A stretch of 64,000 nt of DNA from the human T2T-CHM13v2.0 reference genome, Homo sapiens. Made by a program: the position numbers and the translations under genes. The stretch lies in NCBI RefSeq assembly GCF_009914755.1, contig NC_060929.1; one strand, given 5' to 3'. Positions 1 to 11,074 of the stretch are shown here, one piece after another; the stretch's first letter is position 1, and each line of letters starts with the position of its first letter. The notes under the pieces are model-generated. The model was given only the letters and a program-made list of their open reading frames with translations, was not told the DNA's origin and did no database searches.

Positions 1-482
1 AAGATAGCAGTTATTTTCAATGTAAAAGTACTTTTTAAAAGAGCACAGTAAAATAAAATTAAATAAATATCTCGTGAAATATATTATGAAATAAAGTTGT
101 ACATGGATACTCCACTGCCAATCTGTTCATTAATACCTCTCTCTCTTTTTTACTCTGTTATTCATATTTGGGAAGGAAAAATTAAGAATAAGGGGGAAAA
201 AGAGACTGCAAAAGAAACATGAAGCCAGCTGTAGGAGAAAAGGCTAAGAGACAAAAGAGAAAACAGAGACTAACAAAGTAGAAAATAAGAAGAAAATGAA
301 TCAGAAATAATGAAAATACAGATGGACTGACAAAAGGAAGGCTGATTTATGAGAAACTGTATACTACATTAAATTAAAATCCTTAAACAAGAAAATACAC
401 ACAGTTTTAAAGGTTTCTTTAAAAAAAAAATAGGTGGTTATGTGGCTATTTTATCTACCAGCTTTTGATGTGAAGAATTTTA

Positions 483-694
483 CAATGAGAACACTTGGAC
501 ACAGGAAGGGGAACATCACACACTGGGGCCTGTCGTGGGGTCGGGGGAAGGATAGCATTAGGAGATATACCTAATGTAAATGATGAGTTAATGGGTGCAG
601 CACACCAACATGGCACATGTATACATATGTAACAAAACTGCACGTTGCGTACATGTACCCTAGAACTTAAAGTATAATAAAAATATATAAAAAA
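483..694 (+). mobile_element. 5'-truncated L1 (L1PA6-like) 3' UTR fragment with A-rich tail
   Basis: Canonical L1PA 3' end (CAATGAGAACAC...GGGTGCAGCACACCAACATGGCAC...CCCTAGAACTTAAAGTATAAT). TSD AAGAATTTTA at 473-482 and 695-704. Confidence 0.95.
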
Positions 695-1399
695 AAGAAT
701 TTTAATAACATTTCTTGAGCACCTCGTATTCTGTACCATTTGTACATGAGTAATTAATAAGAGTGCTGTTGTTGCCATCTTAGTATTCACCTAAGTGTAT
801 ACAAGATTATTTGTTATGCAAATAAGATGTAAGTGAATCCATTCTGACTTAAAACAAGAGACTGGATGACTCAGGGCTATCAAACTCACCTAGGACAGGC
901 AGTTAGGAAACATAAAAGCAGCATTAACTACTGAATGTGTTATAAAAGAGACCAGCATGATGGTGATTTGACTGGCCTGGATGCTGTTCAAGGTGGAGCT
1001 CTTTTCCAGATGTAATGCTGGCTGTAATGTTGCCTAAACCTATAGTTAATTTATCTTCTTCCATCAAGATCCAAATCACACATTGGTCCTTCACCCTTAG
1101 CGGCAAGTCCCGCTTTTCTGGGGGAGGGGCAAGTACCCCTCAACCCCTTCTCCTTCACCTTTAGCGGCAAGTCCCGCTTTTCTAGGGGCAAGACGCCCCA
1201 ATCCCTTATTTCCGTGCCCCAACCCCTTTCCTGCTTTTCTGGAAGGCAACAAACCCCCACTCCTTCTCCGTGTCTCTACTCTTTTCTCTGGGCTTGCCTC
1301 CTTCACTATGGGCAAGCTTCCACCTTCCATTCCTCCTTCTTCTCCCTTAGCCTGTATTCTTAAGAACTTCAGACCTCTTCAGCTCTCACCTGACCTAAA

Positions 1400-2600
1400 A
1401 TCTAAGCGTCTTTTTTTCTTCTGCAATGCTGCTTGACCCCAATACAAACCCGACAGTAGTTCCAAATAGCCGGAAAATTGCACTTTCAATTTTTCCATCC
1501 TACAAGATCTAAATAATTCTTGTCGTAAAATAGGCAAACGGGCTGAGGTGCCTGACATCCAGGCATTCTTTTACACATAGGTCCCTCCCTCATCTCTGTT
1601 CCCAATGCAACTCATCCCAAATCTTCCTTCTTTCCCTCCTGCCTGTCCTCTCAGTCCCAACCCCAAGCGTCGCTGAGTCTTTCTAATCTTCCTTTTCTAC
1701 AGACCCATCTGACCTCTCCCCTCCTCGCCAGGCCAAGCTAGGTCCCGATTCTTCCTCAGCCTCCGCTCCTCCACCCTATAATCCTTTTATCACCTCCCCT
1801 ACTCACACCAGGTCCGACTTACAGTTTCATTCCGTGAGTAGCCCTCCCCCACCTGCCCAGCAATTTCCTCTTAAAAAGGTGGCTGGAGCTAAAGGCATAG
1901 TCAAGGTTAATGCTCCTTTTTCTTTATCCCAAATCAGATAGCATTTAGGCTCTTTTTCATCAAATATAAAAATCCAGCCCAGTTCATGGCTCGTTTGGCA
2001 GCAACCCTGAGATGCTTTACAGCCCTAGACCCTAAAAGGTCAAAAGGCCGTCTTATTCTCAATATACATTATATTACCCAATCTGCTCCCGACATTAAAT
2101 AAAACTCCAAAAATGAAATTCCGGCCCTCAAACCCCACAACAAGACTTAATTAACCTCACCTTCAAGGTGTACAATAATAGAGTAGAGGCAGCCAAGTAA
2201 CAATGTATTTCTGAGTTGCAATTCCTTGCCTCCACTGTAAGACAAACCCCAGCCACATCTCCAGCACACAAGAACTTCCAAACACCCGAACTGCAGCGGC
2301 CAGGCATTCCTCCAGAACCGCCTCCCCCAGGAGCTTGCTACAAGTGACAGAAATCTGGCCACCAGGGCAAGGAATGCCTGCAGCCCAGGATTCCTCCTAA
2401 GCCGTGTCCCATCTGTGCAGGACCCCACTGAAAACTGGACTGTTCAACTCACCTGGCAGCCACTCCCAGAGCCCCTGGAACTCTGGCCCAAGGCTCTCTG
2501 ACTGACTCCTTCCCAGATCTTCTCAGCTTAGCGGCTGAAGACTGATGCTGCCCGATCGCCTTGGAAGCCCCATAGACCATCACGGACGCCAAGCTTTAAG
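1400..2600 (+). pseudogene. gag: HERV-H gag remnant
   Basis: Zinc knuckle at about 2333-2377 reads A-C-Y-K-stop-Q-K-S-G-H-Q-G-K-E-C. Multiple stops; boundaries approximate. Confidence 0.75.
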
Positions 2601-2611
2601 TAACTCTCACA

Positions 2612-5340
2612 GTGGAGGGTAAGTCCGTCCCCTTCTTAATCAATATGGAGGCTACTCACTCCACATTACCTTCTTTTCAAGGGCCTGTTTCCCTTGCCTC
2701 CATAACTGTTGTGGGTTTTGACAGCCAGGCTTCTAAACCTCTTAAAACTCCCCAACTCTGGTGCCAACTAAGACAGTACTCTTTTAAGCACTCCTTTTTA
2801 GTTATCCCCACCTGCCCAGTTCTCTTATTAGGCTGAGACACTTTAACTAAATTATCTGCTTCCCTGACTATTCCTAGGCTACAGCCGCACCTCATTGCCA
2901 TCTTTTCCCCCAGTTCAAAGCCTCCTTCACATCCTCCCCTTGTATCTCCCCACCTTAACCCACAAGTATAAGACACCTCTACTCCCTCCTTAGCGACCGA
3001 TCATGCACCCCTTACCATCCTATTAAAACCTAATCACTCTTACCCCACTCAATGCCAATATCCCATCCTACAGCAGGCTTTAAAAGGATTAAAGCCTGTT
3101 ATCACTCACCTGCTACAGCATAGGCTTCTAAAACCTATAAACTCTCCTTACAATTCCCGCATTTTACCTGTCCTAAAACTAGACAAGACTTAGAGGTTAG
3201 TTCAGGATCTGCGCCTTATCAACCAAATTGTTTTGCCTATCCACCCCGTGGTGCCAAACCCGTATACTCTCCTATCCTCAATACCTCCCTCCACAACCCA
3301 TTATTCTGTTCTAGATCTCAAACATGCTTTCTTTACTATTCCTTTGCACCCTTTATCCCAGCCTCTCTTCGCTTTCACTTGGACTGACCCTGACACCTAT
3401 TAAGCTCAGCAAATTACCTAGGCTGTGCTGCCGCAAGGCTTCACAGACAGCCCCCATTATTTCCATCAAGCACAAATTTCTTCCTCATCTGTTACCTATC
3501 TCGGCATAATTCTCATAAAAACAATGTGCTCTCCCTGCTGATCGTGTCCGGCTAATCTCCCAAACCCCAATCCCTTCTACAAAACAACAACTCCTTTCCT
3601 TCCTAGGCATGGTTAGTGCGGTCAGAATTCTTACCCAAGAGCCAGGACCACACCCTGTAGCCTTTTTATCCAAACAACTTGACCTTACTGTTTTAGCCTA
3701 GCCCTCATGTCTGTGTGCATCAGCTGCCGCTGCTTTAATACTTTTAAAGGCCCTAAAAATCATAAACTATGCTCAACTCACTCTCTACATTTCTCATAAC
3801 TTCCAAAATCTATTTTCTTCCTCCCACCTGATGCACATACTTTCTGCTCCCCAGCTCCTTCAGCTATACTCATTCTTTGTTGAGTCTCCCACAATTACCA
3901 TTGTTCCTGGCACGGACTTCAATCTGGCCTTCCACATTATTCTGGATACCACACCTGACCCTCATGACTGTATCTCTCTGATCCACCTGACATTCATCCC
4001 ATTTCCCCATATTTCCTTCTTTCCTGTTCCTCACCCTGATCACATTTAGTTTATTGATGGCAGCTCCGCCAGGCCTAATCACCACTCACCAGCAAAGGCA
4101 GGCTATGCTATAGTATCTTCCCCATCTATCATTAAGGCTACCGCTCTGCCCCCCTCCACTACCTCTCAGCAAGCCAAACTAGTTGCCTTAACTCAAGCCC
4201 TCACTCTTGCAAAAGGACTACACGTCAATATTTATAGTGACTCTAAATATGCCTGTCATATTCTGCACCACCATGCTGTTATATAGGCTGAAAGAGGTTT
4301 CCTCACTACGCAAAGGTTCTCCGTCATTAATGCCTCTTTAATAAAAACTCTGCTCAAGGCCACTTTACTTCCAAAGGAAGCTGGAGTCATTCACTGCAAA
4401 GGCCATCAAAAGGCATCAGATCCCATTGCTCTAGGCAACGCTTATGCTGATAAGGTGGCTAGACAAGCAGCTAGCTTCCCAACTTCTGTCCCTCACAGCC
4501 AATTTTTCTCCTTCGCATTGGTCACTCCCACCTACTCCCCCGCTGAAACTTCCACCTACCAATCTCTTCCCACACAAGGCAAATAGTTCTAAGACCAAGG
4601 AAAATATCTCCTTCCAGCCTCACAGGCCCATTCTATTCTGTCGTCATTTCATAACCTCTTCCATGTAGGTTACAAGCTGCTAGCCCGTCTCTTAGAACCT
4701 CTCATTTCCTTTCCATCATGGAAATCTATCCTCAAGGAGATCACGTCTCAGTTGTTCCATCTGCTATTCTACTAACCCTCAGGGATTGTTCAGGCCCCCT
4801 CCCTTTCCTACACATCAAGCTCGAGGATTTGTCCCTGCCCAGGACTGGCAAATTGACTTTACTCATATGCCCTGAGTCAGAGAACTAAAATATCTCTTAG
4901 TCTAAGTAGACACTTTCACTGGATGGGTAGAGGCCTTTCCCACAAGGTCTGAGAAGTCCACTGCGGTCATTTCTTCCCTTCTGTCAGACATAATTCCTCG
5001 GTTTGGCCTTCCCACCTCTATATAGTCTGATAATGGACCAGCCTTTATTAGCCAAATCAGCCAAGCATTTTTTCAGGCTCTTAGTATTCAGTGAAACCTT
5101 TATATCCCTTACAGTCCTCAGTCTTCAGGAAAGGTAGAACAGACTAATGGTCTTTTAAAAACACACCTCATCAAGCTCAGCCACCAATTTAAAGAGGACT
5201 GGACAATACTTTTACCACTTTCCCTTCTCAGAATTCAGGCCTGTCCTCAGAATGCGACAAGGTACAGCCCATTTGAGCTCCTGTATAGACGCTCCTTTTT
5301 ATTAGGCCCCGGTCTCATTCCAGACACCAGACCAACTTGG
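2612..5340 (+). pseudogene. pol: HERV-H pro-pol remnant (protease, RT, RNase H, integrase), disrupted
   Basis: Degenerate protease site FLINMEATHS (ORF 2612-2836). RT motifs [28 protein letters not shown]. RNase H motifs FIDGSS, YSDSKYA, HCKGHQ, GNAYAD. Integrase motifs [31 protein letters not shown]. Many stops and deletions; no YXDD visible. Confidence 0.88.
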
Positions 5341-5918
5341 ACTGTGCCCCAAAAAACTCGTCATCCCTACTATCTTCTGTCTAGTCATACTCCTGCTCAC
5401 CATTCTCAACTACTCATACATGCCCTGCTCTTGTTTACACTGCCAGTTTACACTGTTTCTCCAAGCCATCACAGCTGATATCTCCTGGAGCTATCCCCAA
5501 ACCGCCACTCTTAACTCTTAAATAAATAATCTTTGCTGGGCAAGGCTATGCTGAACCTCCTTAGGCACTCTCTAATTAGATGTCCTAGGTCCTCCCAATT
5601 ATTAGTCCTTTAATACCTGTTTTTCTCCTTCTCTTATTCCATTTAGTTTTCAATTCATACAAAACTGTATCCAGGCCATCACCAATAATTCTAAATGACA
5701 AATGTTTCTTCTAACAACCCCACAATATCACCCCTTGCCACAAAACCTTCAGCTTAATCTCTCCCACTCCAGGTTCCCACACTGCCCCTAATCCCGCTCG
5801 AAGCAGCCCTGAGAAACATCACCCATTATCTCTCCATACCACCCCCCAAAATTTTCACTGCCCCAACACTTTACCACTATTTCATTTTATTTTTCTTATT
5901 AATATAAGAAGACAGGAA

Positions 5919-6321
5919 TGTCAGGCCTCTGAGCCCAAGCTAAGCCATCATATCCCCTGTGACCTGCATGTACACATCCAGATGGCTGGTTCCTGCCTTA
6001 ACTGATGACATTCCACCACAAAAGAAGTGAAAATGGCCTGTTCCTGCCTTAACTGATGACATTATCTTGTGAAATTCCTTCTCCTGGCTCATCCTGGCTC
6101 AAAAGCTCCCCTACTGAGCACCTTGTGACCCCCACTCCTGCCCACCACAGAACAACCATCCTTTTTCCTTTACCTACCCAAATCCTATAAAATGCCCCAC
6201 CTCTATCTCCCTTCACTGACTCTCTTTTCAGACTCAGCCCGCCTGCACCCAGGTGAAATAAACAGCTTTATTGCTCACACAAAGCCTGTTTGGTGGTCTC
6301 TTCACACGGACGCACATGAAA
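5919..6321 (+). mobile_element. LTR7 (HERV-H 3' LTR), complete U3-R-U5
   Basis: Starts TGTCAGGCCTCTGAGCCCAAG; GTTCCTGCCTTAACTGATGACATT occurs twice; ends CACACGGACGCACATGAAA. Confidence 0.96.
6018..6262 (+). promoter_or_regulatory. LTR7 core signals: SOX-like ACAAAAG, TATA box and poly(A) signal
   Basis: ACAAAAG 6018-6024, TATAAAA 6186-6192, AATAAA 6257-6262. Motifs seen; activity not shown. Confidence 0.6.
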
Positions 6322-6445
6322 TTATGGAACACTCTTTATGTGCCAGGCAGTAATTTATGTTCTTGGAATACAAATACAACAACGAACAACAGGGATGAGT
6401 CCTTGCCCACAAAGAGCAATAAATGAACAAACAAAAAAGCAAATA

Positions 6446-6729
6446 AGCCCGGGCGCAGTGGCTCACACCTGTAATCCCAGCACTTTGGAAGGCCGAGGCA
6501 GGCAGATCATGAGGTCAAGAGATCGAAACCATCCTGCCCAACATTGTGAAACCCCGTCTCTACTAAAAATACAAAAGTTAGCTGGGCGTGGTGGCGTACG
6601 TCTGTAGTCCTAGCTACTTGGGAGGCTGAGGCAGGAGAATTGCTTAAACCTGGGAGGCAGAGGCTGCAGTGAGCGACAGAGCGAGACTCCGTCAAAAAAA
6701 AAAACCACACAAAAAACAACAAAAAAAAC
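6446..6729 (+). mobile_element. AluSc-like with about 30-bp right-arm deletion
   Basis: Diagnostic GATCATGAGGTCAAGAGATCG; GCAGTGAGC is joined directly to GACAGAGCGAG. TSD AAGCAAATA/AAGTAAATA. Confidence 0.93.
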
Positions 6730-6825
6730 AAGTAAATACACAGCCTTGCCTTAGTTGCTATGAAAACATGTATACTAGACAAAGAGGAAGTGAAGTAACA
6801 GGAAATAGTTTCAGGTAGGTATCTC

Positions 6826-7250
6826 ACTCTAGGTTCTGTGAAATACTAAGCAGGTACTGAGACAGAGTCTGGAGTTCAAGATTTTTATTCATTTTTAATG
6901 CCTCTGAAGTAAAAGGAAAAGAAGAAAAAATGAATAGTGGAAGGAGTCAAGCTGTGCTGCAGGCAAGACACATCTTCTGAGAACCCACTGTGGAGCTCTG
7001 GAGCAGGTATTGCTCATTAATGCCCTTGTAGGTTGAAAATTATCAGCACTTTTTTATTTCTGCCTCACTCAGTGGTTGAATGTAGACTGCTATAGGAAGG
7101 GCATGACTTTGAATGGACCATTTCTGCAAAGGAGGCAAACCTTGAAGTTGCTGACAGACCAAGGTTTTCCACTGATTGTACTTCCAACAGCTCAGCAGCA
7201 TATTCTTCCCTGGAATGGGATCTGGGTGGCACAGTTTTATGTCTACCACA
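6826..7250 (-). mobile_element. ERVL LTR33-like solo LTR
   Basis: Ends GGGATCTGGGTGGCACA...TACCACA, the reverse complement of the LTR33 start as recalled; internal GGAGCTCTGGAGC. Confidence 0.65.
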
Positions 7251-8135
7251 ATAGGATCACCAGGGAAGGATTTTTTCTGAACAGAAACCTGAATGAAATA
7301 CAGAAATAAACTTTGCTAACATATAAAAATGTATAGCTACACTCAAGACTCTAAAAAAAATTTAGTAATCTATTTTACCATTCTTTAACTTTACTAAGCA
7401 ACAACTTTTTTTATAAGAATATCTGAAGGAAACAAGAGACAGGCAGTCAATGAAGAGATCAGGGAAGGGGTTCAGGGAGCCTGGGAAGTGATGATAAGGA
7501 CAGAAATACAAGAAAGAGGAGAGAGGATAAGGGTGTACTAGGCACAACGATCAAAATATTCATTGAGCCAACATTTCTTAATAATTGAAGGTGCCTCATG
7601 GCAAAGGCAACCAGGTGGCCATGTTAAGTTCTAGGCCACCCTAAACCCACCTTGGCATAGCTGTTTGGAGCCAGCACAGGTACTTCACCCATGGAAAACT
7701 AGCTCACACAGGCTGGACAGCACTTATGACTTGGCATGTCATAAAACTACAGCATTTTTAATTCAAAGAAAACAAGCCAAAACAATACTTATTTGTAAAA
7801 ATATTTGTATTTGTTGATTTATTCGACCTTACTTGATGTTCATTATTTAACTTCACAGCGAGATTAAAAAATACAGCCAAACTATTCATAAATGTTAGAA
7901 TATAATTTCATATAATTCACTATTTTCATATAATCCTAAGTAATCTACTATAAGCAATGAAAGTGAAGAGTAGCTGAAGCATTTTAAAGAAGAGACACTA
8001 AGAACACCAAAAGTGAGAACCAGCAATATTTAGGAATAAAAATATCTATACAAATCTACTTTCTAGATGAGCAGTTTTTGAATGTGTTTTAGAACATGCA
8101 TAGGTAAGCCTATAGATTTCAAATTATATATTCAC

Positions 8136-8184
8136 AAATATATATTATATATATAATTATATATATAATATATAATTATATATT
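8136..8184. repeat. Degenerate (TA)n low-complexity tract
   Basis: ATATATATTATATATATAATTATATATATAATATATAATTATATATT. Confidence 0.8.
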
Positions 8185-8799
8185 AAGTCATTTTTCTAGG
8201 ATCCTAGAATGTGACAAGACAGAAAAACAAAAGGAAACAGCAGTACATTATAATAAATATCTAGTAATACAAAGCTCAAGCTACTTCACAGCCCACCATT
8301 ATCCTTAATTATGCCAACAGTTAATAAGAAAAGTATTTTGTTTTCAATATTACATATCTGTGGGAAAGTCATAAAGCTGAATACAATGACGAGTCTAGAT
8401 AATTCTCAAAACCTGGCTTTCATGTAACCTCAGAGCTCCTCTTTTCTTGAAAATAAAAAAAATGACCACAGTTATTTTTATAATAAGGAATTATGTAGAG
8501 AAGGATCTGTTGAAGATGTTATCCAAGTGGTTAGAAAATAGCTCTTTGTGAGAGTTTTAAGGGGCAGTGAAAAGAAAGGATAAAGCTATTTTCTGCTTAT
8601 AAGTAATGAAGTCTGGGATTTTGACATGGATAATTATACTAATGAGTATCAACATGTTATCTTCAGCCCCCAACTCATTTAAGACTCACATTTCCAGCTT
8701 CCTATTGAGTATCTTCACCTGTTAGTCAGGCACCAGGTTATTTTCAGGCATCTTAACCAAGCATACTCAAAACCAAATTTGTACCTATCAAGCATGTTT

Positions 8800-8827
8800 A
8801 ACTAGGGTTAAATCCTAGGAATTAAAG
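8800..8827 (+). repeat. 28-bp exact direct repeat, copy 1 (copy 2 at 10484-10511)
   Basis: AACTAGGGTTAAATCCTAGGAATTAAAG at both positions. Confidence 0.95.
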
Positions 8828-9439
8828 ATAAAGCTGAGGCTTTAGTTTTGAGCCCAATATCAAAATGTAATCCTTGATAGAAATGGATAGGTGAGGTAGG
8901 TGAGGGAGATGAGGGAGTCAAAGGCTGGAAACCAGACTAATCTTTGTAAGTACTAGGATTCAGCAAAGCTAAAAGCCATTCGTTCATTTCAGTCTTGTTT
9001 TTCTTCTTTCAATATTTTATCCCTGTGGTTACATAGAACTAGAGTTATTTGTTCAACACATTGTTAAGATATCATCATAATTCACTATTTTTCATTTGAT
9101 TGTTCAAACATCCTTACAGTTTTTAAATAGAAGGGATTGCATTATAACCTTGCTGCTCTGCTTTAGTACTTATTCAACTCTTCAGATTGTTGAAGAATGA
9201 AGTATTACATAAATGCTCAATAAGATTAAACAGTCAGTATGGACTGAGGAGCTGAACACATCTATGTTTAGAAATTGAATGAGGACTGCATCAAGAGAAG
9301 ATTGTCTACTTCATTCTAGTTGACAGCTCTAGCAAATAAGCTTTTCTCATGTAGATATTGTAAAAGAAAGCTATAAGAGTTATTATAAAAAACAATTACA
9401 TTTGTGTTCCAATAATAAGCAGAATCATTGCATTTTGTA

Positions 9440-9790
9440 GACAATACTTTTACCACTTTCCCTTCTCAGAATTCAGGCCTGTCCTCGGAATGCGACAAGG
9501 TACAGCCCATTTGAGCTCCTGTATAGACGCTCCTTTTTATTAGGCCCCAGTCTCATTCTAGACACCAGACCAACTTGGACTGTGCCCCAAAAAACTTGTC
9601 ATCCCTACTATCTTCTGTCTAGTCATACTCCTATTCACCATTCTCAACTACTCATACATGCCCTGCTCTTGTTTACACTGCCAGTTTACACTGTTTCTCC
9701 AAGCCATCACAGCTGATATCTCCTGGTGCTATCCCCAAACCGCCACTCTTAACTCTTAAATAAATAATCTTTGCTGGCAAGGCTATGCTG
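9440..9790 (+). repeat. Isolated 351-bp copy of HERV-H internal segment 5202-5553
   Basis: Manual alignment gives 7 substitutions and 1 indel. No LTR, poly(A) or TSD. Confidence 0.95.
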
Positions 9791-10189
9791 GTTAGAATTT
9801 AGTCAATGGATTGGACATGAAGAAGGACAAAGGCTAGAAGTGAAATTTCTTCAGGAGGCGGGACAAAGTACTTGATGAATTAAAGGTCAGACTCATGAGA
9901 AAAGTAGAAGTCAGAACTGATTTGAGATGGCTATCATGTTAGGCTGGATGAATTATAATGTCCTTATTACTGAGAGAGAATATAGGAAAATAACCATCAA
10001 AATCTTTTGTCTAGACTTTTGAAATACCCCCTTATCCATCTTACCGTCTCCAATGTCATATTTTAGCTGCTCTACCTCCAGTTTCTCATTTGTAAAACAA
10101 ATATGATTACTGCATCCTCCTTTGTCTATGCACATTGCACATGATCTTTCCTAAAATAGAAACATTTCTTCTGCTAGAGAACTCTTGCG

Positions 10190-10425
10190 ATCATTCAAGA
10201 ACTCATCAGTTTCTGTGTCATAGCAGGATAAGTCCCCAACTCTTTTTCTTGATCCCATCACTTTGTATGAACATGAATTACAACATCCAACAACCAGGCA
10301 TTTGGACAATAAAAAATGAATTGTGATTATGCACCCCCTCCTCCCTCCAGAGGCTGAGTCCTTTAAGTGTAGGGGCATTTTTCAGTCATTTTTTATTGTC
10401 CAAATGCCTGGTTGTTGGATGAATT
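10190..10425 (+). mobile_element. L2 3' end containing an inverted duplication
   Basis: L2-like GAGTCCTTTAAGTGTAGGGGC...TGCCTGG...TTGTTGGATGAAT; diverged. Confidence 0.5.
10284..10421. repeat. Perfect 36-bp inverted repeat with 66-bp spacer
   Basis: CATCCAACAACCAGGCATTTGGACAATAAAAAATGA (10284-10319) is the exact reverse complement of 10386-10421. Confidence 0.95.
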
Positions 10426-10510
10426 ATCCCAATGACGGGCTACCATAGGTGGTGCTAGACATTCTTACTCTACATTTGACTCAAACTAGGGTTAAATCCT
10501 AGGAATTAAA

Positions 10511-10600
10511 GGCAGAGGTTGCAGTGAGCCAAGATCGTGCCACTGCACTACAGCCTTGGTGACAGAGCGAGATTCTGTCTCAAAAAAAAAAAAAAAAAAA
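10511..10600 (+). mobile_element. Alu (AluS-type) 3' fragment, about 70 bp plus poly(A)
   Basis: GGCAGAGGTTGCAGTGAGCCAAGATCGTGCCACTGCAC...GTCTC followed by poly(A); no TSD seen. Confidence 0.93.
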
Positions 10601-10885
10601 AGATACTACCTATGACTGGGTAATGTATAAAGGAAAGATTTAATTGACTCACAGTTCCGCATGGCTGGGAGGCCTCAGGAAACTTACAATGGAGGTGAAG
10701 GGGAAGCAAGGCACATCTTCAAAAGATGGCAGGAGAGAGAGAGCACAGGGGAAACTGACACTTTTAAATCATCATGGGGGAAATGGCCCCCACGATCCAA
10801 TCACCTCCCACCAGGTACCTCCCTGGACACGTGGAGATTACAGTTCAAGATGAGATATGGGTGGGGACACAGCCAAACCATAGCA
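10601..10885 (-). mobile_element. THE1D/MSTA-type MaLR LTR, truncated on the Alu side
   Basis: GACTGGGTAAT...TTGACTCACAGTTCCGCATGGCTGG...GGGGACACAGCCAAACCATAGCA. Confidence 0.88.
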
Positions 10886-11074
10886 CCCTGATTAAACAAT
10901 TGGCCCCCAAACTAGGGATCATGTAGCAATATAATTCCTGATGTGTGATTAATTTATCATCTCTATGAATTTTTGTCGTAATTTAGAAATTTCCTTTTCT
11001 GGTAAAAATTCAACATGTATTTGTGATTTGAACAAAAGGAATATGTAGATTATGAATAAAAGGAAAATATCTTT

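Larger units (their letters stand above)
1087..5918 (+). mobile_element. HERV-H internal region (common internally deleted form), lacking 5' LTR, PBS and start of leader
   Basis: C/T-rich HERV-H leader repeats (CCTTCACCCTTAGCGGCAAGTCCCGC twice, 1088-1180), then gag, pro, pol and residual env. PPT AAGAAGACAGGAA at 5906-5918 directly before the LTR. Confidence 0.95.
6325..7305 (-). mobile_element. L2 fragment interrupted by an Alu and an LTR33
   Basis: Reverse L2 3'-end pattern (TATGTGCCAGGCA...CCTTGCCCACAAAGAGC), resuming after each insert (CAGGGAAGG...AACCTGAATGA). Diverged; boundaries approximate. Confidence 0.5.

Noticed and set aside
924-1330. Overlapping minus-strand ORFs at the HERV-H junction
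   Set aside because: They are antisense frames of the C-rich leader repeats with no recognisable protein similarity.
7832-7880. Possible minus-strand micro-exon (LAVFFNLAVKLNNEHQ, donor CAA|GTAAGG)
   Set aside because: The acceptor lacks a pyrimidine tract, the peptide is not recognised and there are no partner coding exons.
7912-9091. 15-bp match ATAATTCACTATTTT at 7912-7926 and 9077-9091 as another templated copy
   Set aside because: It is short and very AT-rich, so chance cannot be excluded.
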